A stretch of DNA of 64,000 bases from an uncultured Candidatus Rokubacteria bacterium (GCA_963762145.1 CAVXJS010000011.1:480001-544000), one strand, 5' to 3'; counted from the first letter of the stretch, positions 53,874-63,584 are shown. A program made the numbers and translations. Notes: generated by a model from the sequence alone, not told the origin.

Positions 53874-55724
53874 ATGCGAGTGCTTGGAGTCGTCCTGGCG
53901 GCCCTCGTCTGGCCGCTCCTGGCATGGGCCGGAACCGCCACCGCGGCGGATTCCGACCGGCCGCGGCACGTGCTACTCCTGTACGCCGAGTCCCGGCTCC
54001 TGCCCGGGATCGTGGACGGCGATACGGCTTTCCGCTCGACGGTGGCGTCGGGACCGGGCGCGCCGGTGGTCTTCCATACCGAGTTCCTCGATTTGCCGCC
54101 CACGCCCAGCGCGGCCTACGAGCAAGGCCTGCGGGATCTGCTCCGGATCAAATACCAGGATGTTCACCTCGACCTGATCATGGCGTTTGGCCCCCGGGCG
54201 CTGGGCACCGCGCTCGACCACCGTGGCGAGCTGGGTCCCCGCGTACCGATCGTGTTCGCGGCGGTGGACTCGCCCGACGGCCTCGTGCTTCCGAGCGACG
54301 TCACCGGTGTTCAGATGACCATCTCCGCGAGGGACACTCTCGAGGCCGCGCTGCGGCTGCAGCCCGAAACCCGACGCGTCGTCGTGGTCGGGGGCACGGG
54401 CGGGCTCGACCGACGCTGGGTGGCTGCGGTCCGGGTGGTGCTTGCCGACGCGCCGGCGCATCTTGAGTTCACGTATCTGACGGACCTGGCGCTGGAAACG
54501 GTTGCGGCGAGGCTGGCTGACCTACCCGATAGGACCATCGTGTTGCTGGTCGCATTCCTTCGCGACACCGACGGCCGAAACCTCTCGACGCCAGAGGCTC
54601 TGCATAGATTGGCCAAGTCATCGCGGGTGCCGATCTATGGGCTGGGGGCCACCCTCATCGGGGAGGGAGTAGTCGGTGGCCGTCTGATCGACTTCGAGAG
54701 CCATGGCACCCAGGCGGGAAAGCTCGCGGCGCGGCTGCTCCGAGGTGACAAGCTCGGGCCTTCCGATATCGTCATGCAGGATACGAACGCCTACATGTTC
54801 GACTGGCGCCAGCTCCAGCGCTGGGGGCTCAAGGAGAGTCGCCTGCCTCCGGGTAGCGTGATCCGGTTCCGGGAGCCGTCGGCCTGGGAGCGGTACCGGT
54901 GGCCGATCATCGGGACGCTGGTGGTCGTCCTCCTCGAGTCGCTGCTGATCGCGGGCCTGGTGCTGCAGCGGGCGCGCCGGAGGCGAGCGGAGGCGGAGGC
55001 GAGCGTGCAGCGGAGCCAGCTCGCCCATTTCCAGCGGGTGACTGCGGTGGGGGAGCTGACCGCCACGCTGGCGCACGAGATCAACCAGCCGCTCGGCGCG
55101 ATCGTGAGCAACGCGGAGGCGGCGCGCCGACTCGTGGACCCGGCGGAGCCGAAGGGAGCCGAGCTGCGGGAAACGCTCGGCGATATCATCGACGACGGGC
55201 AGCGCGCGTCGGAGGTGATCCGGCGCGTGCGCGTGATGCTTCGGACGGGGCCGGCAGAGCACAAGCCGTGCGACGTCAACAGGCTCATCGTCGAGGTGCT
55301 CGGGTTTCTGGCCGCGGACCTGACGCGCGCCGGGGTCTCGACGGAGCTGCGCCTGCAAGAGGGGCTGCCCCTGGTGCCCGGAGACGGCGTCCAGCTCCAG
55401 CAGGTGATCCTGAACCTCGTGCTCAACGGGGAGGACGCGATGGCCGACGCCCCCGAGGGGGCCCGGTGGCTGACCGTCGAGACGGCGGCACGGGCGCCGG
55501 GCACCGTGGAGGTGAAGGTCCGGGACACCGGGGTCGGGATCAAGGAAGGCGATGTCGAGCACATCTTCGAGCCGTTCGTCACCACCAAGGTATCGGGGCT
55601 CGGCATGGGGCTGTCGATCAGCCGGTCGATCGTCGTGGCCCACCGCGGCACGATCCGGGCCGAGCGCAACCCGGACCGGGGCTTGAGCATCCACGTCGAG
55701 CTGCCGTGCGGCGTGGGCTCGTGA
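53874..55724 (+). CDS. Sensor histidine kinase with periplasmic substrate-binding-like domain (FixL-type core)
   Basis: H-box GELTATLAHEINQPL, N-box QLQQVILNL..N, DTGVG, FEPFVTTK, GLGMGL. Confidence 0.95.
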   Translation: MRVLGVVLAALVWPLLAWAGTATAADSDRPRHVLLLYAESRLLPGIVDGDTAFRSTVASGPGAPVVFHTEFLDLPPTPSAAYEQGLRDLLRIKYQDVHLDLIMAFGPRALGTALDHRGELGPRVPIVFAAVDSPDGLVLPSDVTGVQMTISARDTLEAALRLQPETRRVVVVGGTGGLDRRWVAAVRVVLADAPAHLEFTYLTDLALETVAARLADLPDRTIVLLVAFLRDTDGRNLSTPEALHRLAKSSRVPIYGLGATLIGEGVVGGRLIDFESHGTQAGKLAARLLRGDKLGPSDIVMQDTNAYMFDWRQLQRWGLKESRLPPGSVIRFREPSAWERYRWPIIGTLVVVLLESLLIAGLVLQRARRRRAEAEASVQRSQLAHFQRVTAVGELTATLAHEINQPLGAIVSNAEAARRLVDPAEPKGAELRETLGDIIDDGQRASEVIRRVRVMLRTGPAEHKPCDVNRLIVEVLGFLAADLTRAGVSTELRLQEGLPLVPGDGVQLQQVILNLVLNGEDAMADAPEGARWLTVETAARAPGTVEVKVRDTGVGIKEGDVEHIFEPFVTTKVSGLGMGLSISRSIVVAHRGTIRAERNPDRGLSIHVELPCGVGS

Positions 55725-56347
55725 GCACCGAGCCGGTCGTCTACGTCATCGACGATGACCCGTCCTTTCGCAAGGCGGTCTCGCGCCTCCTGCGGTCGGC
55801 CGGCCTCGCGGTGGAGACCCTGGGATCGGCCCGGGAATTCCTGGAGCGTCCCGCGGAGGATCGCCCGTCGTGCCTCGTCCTCGACATCCGCATGCCGGGT
55901 CCGAGCGGCATGGATCTCCAGGCGGCCCTCCAGGAGGCGCAGCGGGACATCCCGATCGTCTTCGTGACCGGCCACGGGGACGTGTCCACGGGGGTCCGCG
56001 CCATGAAGGGCGGGGCGGTGGATTTTCTGGAGAAGCCCTTCCGCGGCCAGGATCTCCTGGCCTGCGTCCAGCGCGGCCTCACCCGCAGCCAGCAGAGCCG
56101 GGGGGAGCGCGCCGAGCGTGCCGAGGTCGAGCGGCGCTTCGCCACCCTGACCGCCCGCGAGCGGGACGTGCTGCGGCTCGTGGTCACCGGGATGCTCAAC
56201 AAGCAGATTGCCGGGGAGCTCGGCATCGCGGAGCAGACGGTGAAGATACACCGGGGCCACGTGACGCAGAAGATGCAGGCGGGGTCCGTCGCCGAGCTGA
56301 TCCAGATGGTCGGGAAGCTCGGTCCTCTCGCTTTCCAGCGCGCCTGA
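55721..56347 (+). CDS. FixJ/NarL family DNA-binding response regulator
   Basis: VIDDD, CLVLDIRMP, TGHG, AMKGGAVDFLEKP; HTH LTARERDVL...NKQIA.ELGI.E.TVKIHR. Confidence 0.95.
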   Translation: MSTEPVVYVIDDDPSFRKAVSRLLRSAGLAVETLGSAREFLERPAEDRPSCLVLDIRMPGPSGMDLQAALQEAQRDIPIVFVTGHGDVSTGVRAMKGGAVDFLEKPFRGQDLLACVQRGLTRSQQSRGERAERAEVERRFATLTARERDVLRLVVTGMLNKQIAGELGIAEQTVKIHRGHVTQKMQAGSVAELIQMVGKLGPLAFQRA

Positions 56348-56360
56348 GGGCGGGATGGTT

Positions 56361-56378
56361 CTAGACCGAAGGCTCTAT
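56361..56378. promoter_or_regulatory. Palindromic regulator box, copy 5 (CTAGACCGAAGGCTCTAT), CAGACT 23 nt downstream
   Basis: Immediately after the response regulator gene and before the receiver gene. Confidence 0.55.
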
Positions 56379-56476
56379 GGCGGGTCACCGCCCGGGGGGT
56401 CCAGACTGTGAGCACGTGGTGAGCAGCGTGACGACGACGACTCGCCCGCAACCGTTCCGAGCGAAGCGAGGTACCC

Positions 56477-56848
56477 GTGTCCGATCCGTTGAGCATCACG
56501 GTAGTGGAAGACGATTCCTCGTTCCGGCGCGCGCTCCGTCGCCTGCTGAGCGGCGCGGGATACACCGTCGCCACGTTTGCCTCCGCCGAGGAGTTCCTGG
56601 CCTCGAACTCCTCGAGGGTGACGGACTGCCTCGTGCTGGACATCCACCTCGGCGGCATGAGCGGGTTCGACCTTCAGGAGCGCCTGGCGGCCGCTGGGGC
56701 CCCGATTCCAACGGTCTTCATCACGGCACTCGACGATCCGGCGACGCGCGCGCGCGCGCGGGCGGGCGCGGCCTACCTCCGGAAGCCATTCCGTGAGGGC
56801 GCCCTCGTCGGCGCCATTCAGCAGGCGCTCGAGAGCCGGGGCGCCTAG
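56477..56848 (+). CDS. Single-domain response regulator receiver
   Basis: VVEDD, CLVLDIHL, FITA, YLRKPF. Confidence 0.93.
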   Translation: MSDPLSITVVEDDSSFRRALRRLLSGAGYTVATFASAEEFLASNSSRVTDCLVLDIHLGGMSGFDLQERLAAAGAPIPTVFITALDDPATRARARAGAAYLRKPFREGALVGAIQQALESRGA

Positions 56849-56860
56849 AACAGGGAAGGC

Positions 56861-58795
56861 ATGAAAGACTACGCAAGGAGGATGTGGCTGGTTGGCGTGG
56901 TGCTGCTGACCTGCGCCTGCGCGACGCCCGTCGGCGTCACCCACGTCAACACCCAGTCGATGTACCGCTCGGTGACCTCGAGCGTGCTCTCGGCCGAGCA
57001 GCCCGAGCCCGTACTCCGAGCAGCTCCTGACGCGCCTCGGGCTCGTGGAGCGCTTCGACAAGGACCCGGAGCTGGTCCTGGCCGCGCTCCGGGGGCCCGG
57101 GGAGGGCCTGAGCCGCGAGTACCTCTTCGTCCTCTCCGAGCTGTCCTTCTACCACGCGATGAAGAGCCAGAAGCCCGAGTACTTCCTCGCCTCCGCGGTG
57201 TACGCGTGGGCCTTCGTGGTGGGCAAGACGGACGAGGCGCGCGTCGATCCGCTCGATCCGCGGTTCCGGCTGGCCGCCAACCTCTACAACCTCGGGCTGG
57301 CCCAGGGGCTTGCCGGTGCCGAGGAGGCGACGGTCGTGCTCGAGCCGGGCACGCGGCGACTGCCGTTCGGCCAGATCGAGATCAGCGTGGACGAGAAGAT
57401 GCTGCTCTGGTCCGGCTATCGCATGACGCGGTTCATCTCGCTCGGCGAGTACAAGGTCCGCGGCTTCCTCAATCGCTACCGCCAGGCTGGCGTCGGTGCG
57501 CCGCTCGCCGCGGAGCTGGCCGCCAGCCGGCCAAGGCCTCGAGGCCGAGGAGGCGCGCAAGCGGATCCCCCCGCGGCTCAAGGTGCCGGTGACGGCGGTG
57601 CTGCGCATCGAGGACGTGTCGGCGGGCATCGCCACGGGAAATCTCGCGCGGCCGGATCGAGGTGTATGCGGCCGACGCGGCGACGACGGTGGAGAGCAAC
57701 GGGCGCAGCGTGCCGCTCGAGCTCGAGCCCACCGCGGCGCTGGCCTACCAGCTCGAGGGCGCCCCGGTCTGGGACACCGAGCTCGGCGCGTTCCTCTCGG
57801 CGCTGCGGCCGCTGTCGGCCGAGGGGCTGTTCATGATGCATCCCTATCGGCCCGGGCGCGTCCCGGTCGTGCTGGTCCACGGCACGGCCTCGAGCCCGGC
57901 GCGGTGGGCCGACATCGTCAACGAGATCCAGAACGATCCGAAGCTCCGCGGGCGCACCCAGTTCTGGATGTTCACCTACAACACGAGCAACCCGATCCTG
58001 CTCTCCGCCAGCGATCTGCGGCTCGGGCTCCAGCGCATCCGCAAGGAGGTCGATCCCGACGGGCGCGATCCGGCCCTCGACCAGATCGTGGTGATCGGCC
58101 ACAGCCAGGGCGGGCTGCTGACGCGCCTCATGGTCACCGACAGCGGTACCCGTTTCTGGGACGCCGTCACCGACGTGCCCTTCGAGAAGGTCGACGTGAG
58201 CCCCGAGACGCGGGCCCTGATCCAGCGGTCCATGTTCTTCGACCACCAGCCGTACATCAAGCGGGTGATCTTCGTCGCCACCCCGCACCGGGGCAGCTTC
58301 CGGGTCTCCTCGTTCGTGCTGGGCGCGGTCCGGAAGCTCGTGACCCTGCCGCTCACGGTGGTGGGCGGCATCGCTGAGCTGGCGACCAAGAACACGGGTT
58401 TGCCGAAGGAAGCGGCGCCGACCGCAGTGGACAACATGCGACCGGGGAACCGGTTCGTGCGAACCCTCTCGGAGAGCCCGATCGCGCCCGGAGTCACCGC
58501 GCACTCGATCATCCCGGTCACGGGCCTGGGGCTGCCGGCGGGACAGGACGACGGCGTCGTGACGTACGAGAGCGCCCACATCGAGGGCGTCGCCTCGGAG
58601 AAGATCGTCCGCTCCACCCACTCGACCCAGAGCACGCCGGCGACCATCCTCGAGGTGCGGCGGATCCTCTACGAGCATCTGGGGATCGCGTGCGGCCTCG
58701 AATGCGACGTGCCGGACCGGGTCGACGCGGCGGTGGCAGGCGTGCCCAAGCCGGAGCCGGCCGCCGTGAACCCGGAAGAAATACAGGACCCCTGA
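56861..58795 (+). CDS. Alpha/beta-hydrolase (esterase/lipase) lipoprotein; several frameshifts
   Basis: Lipobox-like LTCAC; PVVLVHG, GHSQGG nucleophile elbow, ATPHRGS, DGVV, H near C-terminus. Confidence 0.88.
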
Positions 58796-58839
58796 GCAGT
58801 TAAGATGAGACCCAGCCGCCGAGCGAGCAAAGGAGAAAT

Positions 58840-59727
58840 ATGACTTTTCCGCGTGGAGCGAGAGCAATGCTTTGTCGATCTGGGCTCGCGATCTTCGCCG
58901 TGCTCCTGGCCCTGGTTGGCCCGGCCCTCGGCCAGGAGATCCGGCCGACGCTCGACAAGATCAAGGAGACCGGTGTCTTCCAGCTGGGCTACCGGGAGAC
59001 GTCCCGTCCATTTTCCTTCCGCGGCACCGACGGTCAGCCCGCCGGATTCTCGGTCGAGCTCTGCCAGCGGGTGGCCGGCGGGGTCCGGCAGTCGCTGAAG
59101 CTGCCCGAGCTCAAGGTCGCCTGGGTGACGGTGACGCCGGCCGACCGTATTCCGCAGCTCGTCAAGGGCGCGATCGATCTCGAGTGTGGGTCGACCACGA
59201 TCACATTCGGGCGCATGGAGCAGGTCGCGTTCAGCCACATGATCTCGGTCGACGGCGGGAGCCTGCTCGCCACCGCCGCCTCCGGCATCGGCAGCGTGAA
59301 GGACCTCGCCGGCAAGCGTGTCGGCGTGATCCTCAACACGACCACCGAGAAGGCCCTCACCGCGGCGCTGGCCGGTGCGAGTGTTCAGGCGACGGTGATC
59401 CCGGTGACCGAGGTCGGTGCGGGCCTGCAGGGGCTGGAGGAGGGGCGGCTCGACGCCTACGCCTCGGATCGCATCCTGCTTGCGAGCCTGCTGACGACCG
59501 CCAAGGACCCGGCGAAGCTCCGGCTGAGCGACGAGTTCTTCTCGTACGAGCCATACGGGCTCATGCTGCGTCGGGGGGACAATGCCTTTCAGGCGCAGGT
59601 GAACCGCACGCTCTCCGGGCTGTATCGCTCGGGGCTCGTCCAGATCTACGAGCGGTGGTTCGGGCCCTTCGCGAAGGCCAGCCCGCTGGTGAAGGCTCTC
59701 TACCTGCTTCATAGCTGGCCGGACTGA
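58840..59727 (+). CDS. Amino acid ABC transporter substrate-binding protein (GltI-like)
   Basis: TLDKIKETG...GYRETSRPFSF, IDLECGSTT, NTTTE, ASDRILL, SYEPYGLM. Confidence 0.92.
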   Translation: MTFPRGARAMLCRSGLAIFAVLLALVGPALGQEIRPTLDKIKETGVFQLGYRETSRPFSFRGTDGQPAGFSVELCQRVAGGVRQSLKLPELKVAWVTVTPADRIPQLVKGAIDLECGSTTITFGRMEQVAFSHMISVDGGSLLATAASGIGSVKDLAGKRVGVILNTTTEKALTAALAGASVQATVIPVTEVGAGLQGLEEGRLDAYASDRILLASLLTTAKDPAKLRLSDEFFSYEPYGLMLRRGDNAFQAQVNRTLSGLYRSGLVQIYERWFGPFAKASPLVKALYLLHSWPD

Positions 59728-59758
59728 TCGTGAAGAACCTCATGCTGGAGGTGCCGTG

Positions 59759-60793
59759 ATGAGCGGAAATAGCTGGCGGTGGGCGGCCCTGGCGCTCGCG
59801 CTCCTGTTCGCAGCGCCCTCTCTCGGAGAGGGCGAGACGCTCAACGAAGCCTACCGCCGCGTCCTCACGTCGGTGGCTGTGATCCGCGCCCGCGGCTCGG
59901 AGGTGACGGCCGAGGGCACGGTCACCTTCAAGGAGACCGGCTCGGGTGTGCTGATCTCGGCGGACGGGAAGGTGGCGACGGCCGCGCACGTGGTCCAGAC
60001 GATGGAGGACATCACCGTGGAGTTCCTCGGCGAGGAGCCGGTGGCCGCGCGCGTCATCTCCTCCGAGCCATGGGCCGACATCTCGATCATCCAGCTCTCG
60101 GTGGTGCCGCGCGACGCCACGGTGGCGAAGCTCGCCGACTCCGACCCCGTCGTCGTCGGCGATCCGGTCTTCATCGTCGGCGCGCCCTACGGTCTGAGCT
60201 ATTCGCTGAGCCAGGGAGTCATCAGCGCGCGATGGGCCCCCAACACGATCACCAAGGACTTCCCGCTGGCCGAGTTCTTCCAGACCGATGCGGTGATCAA
60301 TACCGGCAACTCCGGCGGGCCGATGTTCTCCCGGACGGGTGAGCTGATCGGGATCATCAGCCACAACATCACGAAGTCGGGTGGGAGCGAAGGGCTCGGG
60401 TTCGTCGTCACCACGAATACCGTGAGAAAGCTGCTGGTGGAGCGGCGGCGCGGGTGGTTCGGGGTCGAGCTCGTGCTGGTGTCGGGGGCGGCGGCCCAGG
60501 CCCTCAAGATCCCGCAGGCGGGCGGGTTTCTCGTGAAGCAGGTGGTCAAGGACTCGATGGGCGGTCGGATCGGGCTCAGGAGAGGGGACCGCATCGGCAT
60601 CGTGGACGGTCAGCAGCTCCCCATCGGGGGGGATATCATCCTCTCGATCATGGGCATCCCCGCGACCAGCAACGAGCAGCGCCCCGCAGTCCTCAAGGCA
60701 CTCGAGTCCCTCAAGATAGGCGATGACCTGCGAGTCACCGTCCTCCGCGACGGCAAGGTCGTGGAGCTCACGACGAAGTTCACCGGCTTCTAG
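59759..60793 (+). CDS. HtrA/DegP-like S1C serine protease with PDZ domain
   Basis: GSGVLI, TAAHVV, QTDAVINTGNSGGP; signal peptide. Confidence 0.94.
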   Translation: MSGNSWRWAALALALLFAAPSLGEGETLNEAYRRVLTSVAVIRARGSEVTAEGTVTFKETGSGVLISADGKVATAAHVVQTMEDITVEFLGEEPVAARVISSEPWADISIIQLSVVPRDATVAKLADSDPVVVGDPVFIVGAPYGLSYSLSQGVISARWAPNTITKDFPLAEFFQTDAVINTGNSGGPMFSRTGELIGIISHNITKSGGSEGLGFVVTTNTVRKLLVERRRGWFGVELVLVSGAAAQALKIPQAGGFLVKQVVKDSMGGRIGLRRGDRIGIVDGQQLPIGGDIILSIMGIPATSNEQRPAVLKALESLKIGDDLRVTVLRDGKVVELTTKFTGF

Positions 60794-61958
60794 GCCGCAG
60801 CTGCGCCAGGTACGCCGCCGCACCGAGTAGCGGCACCATACCGGCGGTGACGAGCGCGCCGCCGAAGCCCCACGCGCCCGCTGCGAGGCCCAGTCCCCAG
60901 GGGCCCAGGAGCTGGGCCATGTCCGCCCCGAGGCCAAAGGTGTTCATGGCGGCGCTGCGGCCCTCGGGAGGGGCCGCCTCGCCGACGAGGGCGGGAAGGA
61001 CCACGAAGGCCACGCCGAAGAGCGCGCCGTAGGCCATCGCCAGGATCACGAACACGGGCAGCCCCCCGGCGAGACTCATGCCGATCAACGTGACCGCGAC
61101 CCCGACCATGGCCGGGAGGAGCACGATGCGCTGGCCGTAGCGGTCGGCCAGACGTCCGGCGAGCAGCCGGCTGGCTGCGGCGCCCACCTGCGACCCGAGG
61201 AAGAGGATCCCGGGATTTCCGACGCCGCGCCCGAGTGCCCACAAGGGCAGGAACGCCGAGAAGCCGGTGTTCGGCACCTGGGCGCAGAAGTTCAGGAACG
61301 CGGGCAGCAGACCTTCCCGGCGGAAGTTTGCTCGCAGCGCATAGGGGTGCGCGCGGCCCAGAGGCCGAAACGCGCTGAGGGTCGCGGAGAAGCAGGCTCC
61401 GCTCAAGAGGGCCGCCGAGACGGCCCCGATGGCGACGGCGACGAGACGCTCGGAGGGGAGGGCGCCTTCCGACCGGAACCCCTGGTAGAGCCCGACCAGT
61501 ACCGGCGGGCCAATGCCCACCCCGAGCGTGATCCCCAGCGCGACGTAGCCCTGCACCTCGCTGCCGCGTCCGGCCGGGGCCACCTCGACCGCGAGCGTGT
61601 AGAACGCGGTGGTGCCGATGCTGAACGCCACGCCGGTGAGCACCCGGTTCGCCAGCACCGCCCACCCGGTGGGGGCCAGCAGCAGCGCCGCCGCGCCCGC
61701 GAGCAGGCCGAGGGCGAGCACCAGGGGCGCGCGCCGCCCGAACGCGTCCAGGATCCAGCCGCCGAAGGGACGCACGCAGAGCTGGGCGACGCCGGTGGCC
61801 CCGAGCATGAAACCGATGCTGCGGGCGTCGTAGCCGTGGTCGTGCAGGAACAGCGGCAGCACCGCGATGACGCCGAAATGGCCGGCCGTCCACAGGAGCA
61901 GACCGCTCATGAGGGCGAGCACGTTCCGCTTGAGCGTCACCGCCGCGATCTCTTTCAC
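60780..61958 (-). CDS. MFS transporter
   Basis: Motif A 'GWILDAFGRR' and 'GRLADRYGQR'; about 12 TM segments. Confidence 0.92.
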   Translation of the reverse strand: MKEIAAVTLKRNVLALMSGLLLWTAGHFGVIAVLPLFLHDHGYDARSIGFMLGATGVAQLCVRPFGGWILDAFGRRAPLVLALGLLAGAAALLLAPTGWAVLANRVLTGVAFSIGTTAFYTLAVEVAPAGRGSEVQGYVALGITLGVGIGPPVLVGLYQGFRSEGALPSERLVAVAIGAVSAALLSGACFSATLSAFRPLGRAHPYALRANFRREGLLPAFLNFCAQVPNTGFSAFLPLWALGRGVGNPGILFLGSQVGAAASRLLAGRLADRYGQRIVLLPAMVGVAVTLIGMSLAGGLPVFVILAMAYGALFGVAFVVLPALVGEAAPPEGRSAAMNTFGLGADMAQLLGPWGLGLAAGAWGFGGALVTAGMVPLLGAAAYLAQLRPRSR

Positions 61959-62004
61959 ATCTCTCCTCCGCGGACAGGCTACGACCCCGCGCTCGACCAG
62001 ATCG

Positions 62005-62019
62005 GTACGAAATCCGTAC
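62005..62019. promoter_or_regulatory. Inverted repeat GTACG-N5-CGTAC, candidate HxlR operator
   Basis: Perfect 5-5-5 palindrome in the divergent MFS/HxlR gap. Confidence 0.5.
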
Positions 62020-62053
62020 TGCGGGGCCGCTAGGGCCGGCGTATCGTCGGAGC

Positions 62054-62761
62054 ATGAAGAGCTACGGTCAGTTCTGCTCGATGGCGCGCGCGCTCGATCT
62101 GCTCGGGGAACGGTGGACGCTGCTCATCGTGCGCGAGCTCCTGTGCGGGAGCCGTCGCTTCGGGGAGATCCAGCGCGGGATCCCGCGCATCTCCCGCACC
62201 ATGCTCGCGGCGCGCATCCGCGAGCTGGCCGACGCCCTCGTGATCGAGCGCCTCGACGGCGACGGCGGGCCGGAGTACCGGCTGACCACCGCGGGACTCG
62301 AGCTCGCGGCGGTTGTCCGCGAGCTGGGCACGTGGGGCCAGCGGTGGCTCCCGCGCGCGCTCGCGACGAAGGAGCTGGATCCGCACGTCCTCATGTGGGA
62401 TATCCACCGCCGGGTGCGCCGAGATGCCCTGCCGGAGAAGCCTCTCGTCGTCCGCATCGAGCTCACCGACGTGCGCGGCGCCGCGGCTCGCCACTATCTC
62501 CTGCTCCGGCGCAGCGAGGTGTCGCTCTGCACCGTCAATCCCGGCTTTCCGGAAGAGCTGTGCCTCCAGGCCACCCGCCGAGTCCTGGTCGGCTGGTGGC
62601 GGGGAGACCTGACCTTCCGCCAGGCGCTCGAGGCAGGCCTGGTGCTCGAGGGCCGGCGCGACTGGGTGCGCGCGTTTCCGGGCTGGTTCGAGCGCTACCT
62701 GTTCGCGGCGGTGGAGCCCGCCTCCCACGGGCCCGCAGCTGCGACGGGAGGTCACCACTAA
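62054..62761 (+). CDS. HxlR family winged-helix transcriptional regulator with C-terminal SCP2-like domain
   Basis: YGQFCSMARALDLLGERWTLLIVREL, RRF.EI.RG.PRIS, EYRLT.AG. Confidence 0.93.
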   Translation: MKSYGQFCSMARALDLLGERWTLLIVRELLCGSRRFGEIQRGIPRISRTMLAARIRELADALVIERLDGDGGPEYRLTTAGLELAAVVRELGTWGQRWLPRALATKELDPHVLMWDIHRRVRRDALPEKPLVVRIELTDVRGAAARHYLLLRRSEVSLCTVNPGFPEELCLQATRRVLVGWWRGDLTFRQALEAGLVLEGRRDWVRAFPGWFERYLFAAVEPASHGPAAATGGHH

Positions 62762-62775
62762 GACCAAGGTCCTAT
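62758..62775. promoter_or_regulatory. Palindromic regulator box, copy 6 (CTAAGACCAAGGTCCTAT), CACAAT 21 nt downstream
   Basis: Motif match; -10 at 62797-62802 upstream of the MlaC-like gene. Confidence 0.6.
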
Positions 62776-62896
62776 TTCTCTGTGCCCGGCGAGGGCCACA
62801 ATGGTTGTTGGCCCGGGAGCCGTAGGTTGAGGATGGAGGCGCCAGGCACCGGGGGAATTCAGCGCGCGGCCGATGCGCGTGCTGAGAGGATCGCCT

Positions 62897-63574
62897 ATGG
62901 GCTTGCCGGTGCGGTGGCATGGGGTTGTCCTCGGTGCGCTGGTCCTGCTGTGGGTGTCTCCGGCGCGTGTGAGCGAGGCAGAACCTCCAAGCGACGTGCT
63001 CCGGGCCGCCTTCGGAGACGCCAACGCGATTCTCACCGACCCGGGAACGGCAGAGCATCCCGCCGACCGCCTCGTCGCCATCCGGACCCTCTTCGGCAGG
63101 GTGTTCGACTTCCGGGGCGCGGCCGAGCGCTCGCTCGGAGGCCAATGGCAGGCGAGTAGCCTGGCGGAGCAGAACGAGTTCACGCGGCTCTTCACCGAGT
63201 TCATGCAGCGCGGCTTCGTCTACTGGCTGGCCTCGGTGGCGGACGTCGACCCGAGCGGTGCGGGGGTCACGGTCCACTTCCTGCGGGAGTCCGTCGATCA
63301 CGAGACCGCGACCGTGCAGGTCGCGGTCCTCGGCCGGGGCGGGAGACTGATTCCCCTGAGCCACGACCTGGTCTACCGCGACCGACGCTGGATGGTGCGC
63401 GACGTCACGATCGAGGGCGTCAGCCTGGTGGCGAACTATCGGGCCCAGTTCGAGCGCGTGATCCGGGCCTCGTCCTATCCCGAGCTCATCAAGCGGATGA
63501 GGATCCGGATCGCCACCGGGCTGATGCTGCTGGAGCCGGTGGGGAGGGGCGCCGCCGGCGACACGCAAAAGTGA
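62897..63574 (+). CDS. MlaC/Ttg2D family phospholipid-binding protein
   Basis: FDF...RSLG..W, F..LF, W.V.DV.IEGVSLVANYRAQF. Confidence 0.9.
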   Translation: MGLPVRWHGVVLGALVLLWVSPARVSEAEPPSDVLRAAFGDANAILTDPGTAEHPADRLVAIRTLFGRVFDFRGAAERSLGGQWQASSLAEQNEFTRLFTEFMQRGFVYWLASVADVDPSGAGVTVHFLRESVDHETATVQVAVLGRGGRLIPLSHDLVYRDRRWMVRDVTIEGVSLVANYRAQFERVIRASSYPELIKRMRIRIATGLMLLEPVGRGAAGDTQK

Positions 63575-63584
63575 GCCGGACGTT

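Noticed and set aside
44709-62775. The six palindromes as recombination sites (attC/att-like cassettes)
   Set aside because: No integrase is present, there is no attC R/L-box structure, and fixed spacing to -10 hexamers fits transcription-factor sites better.
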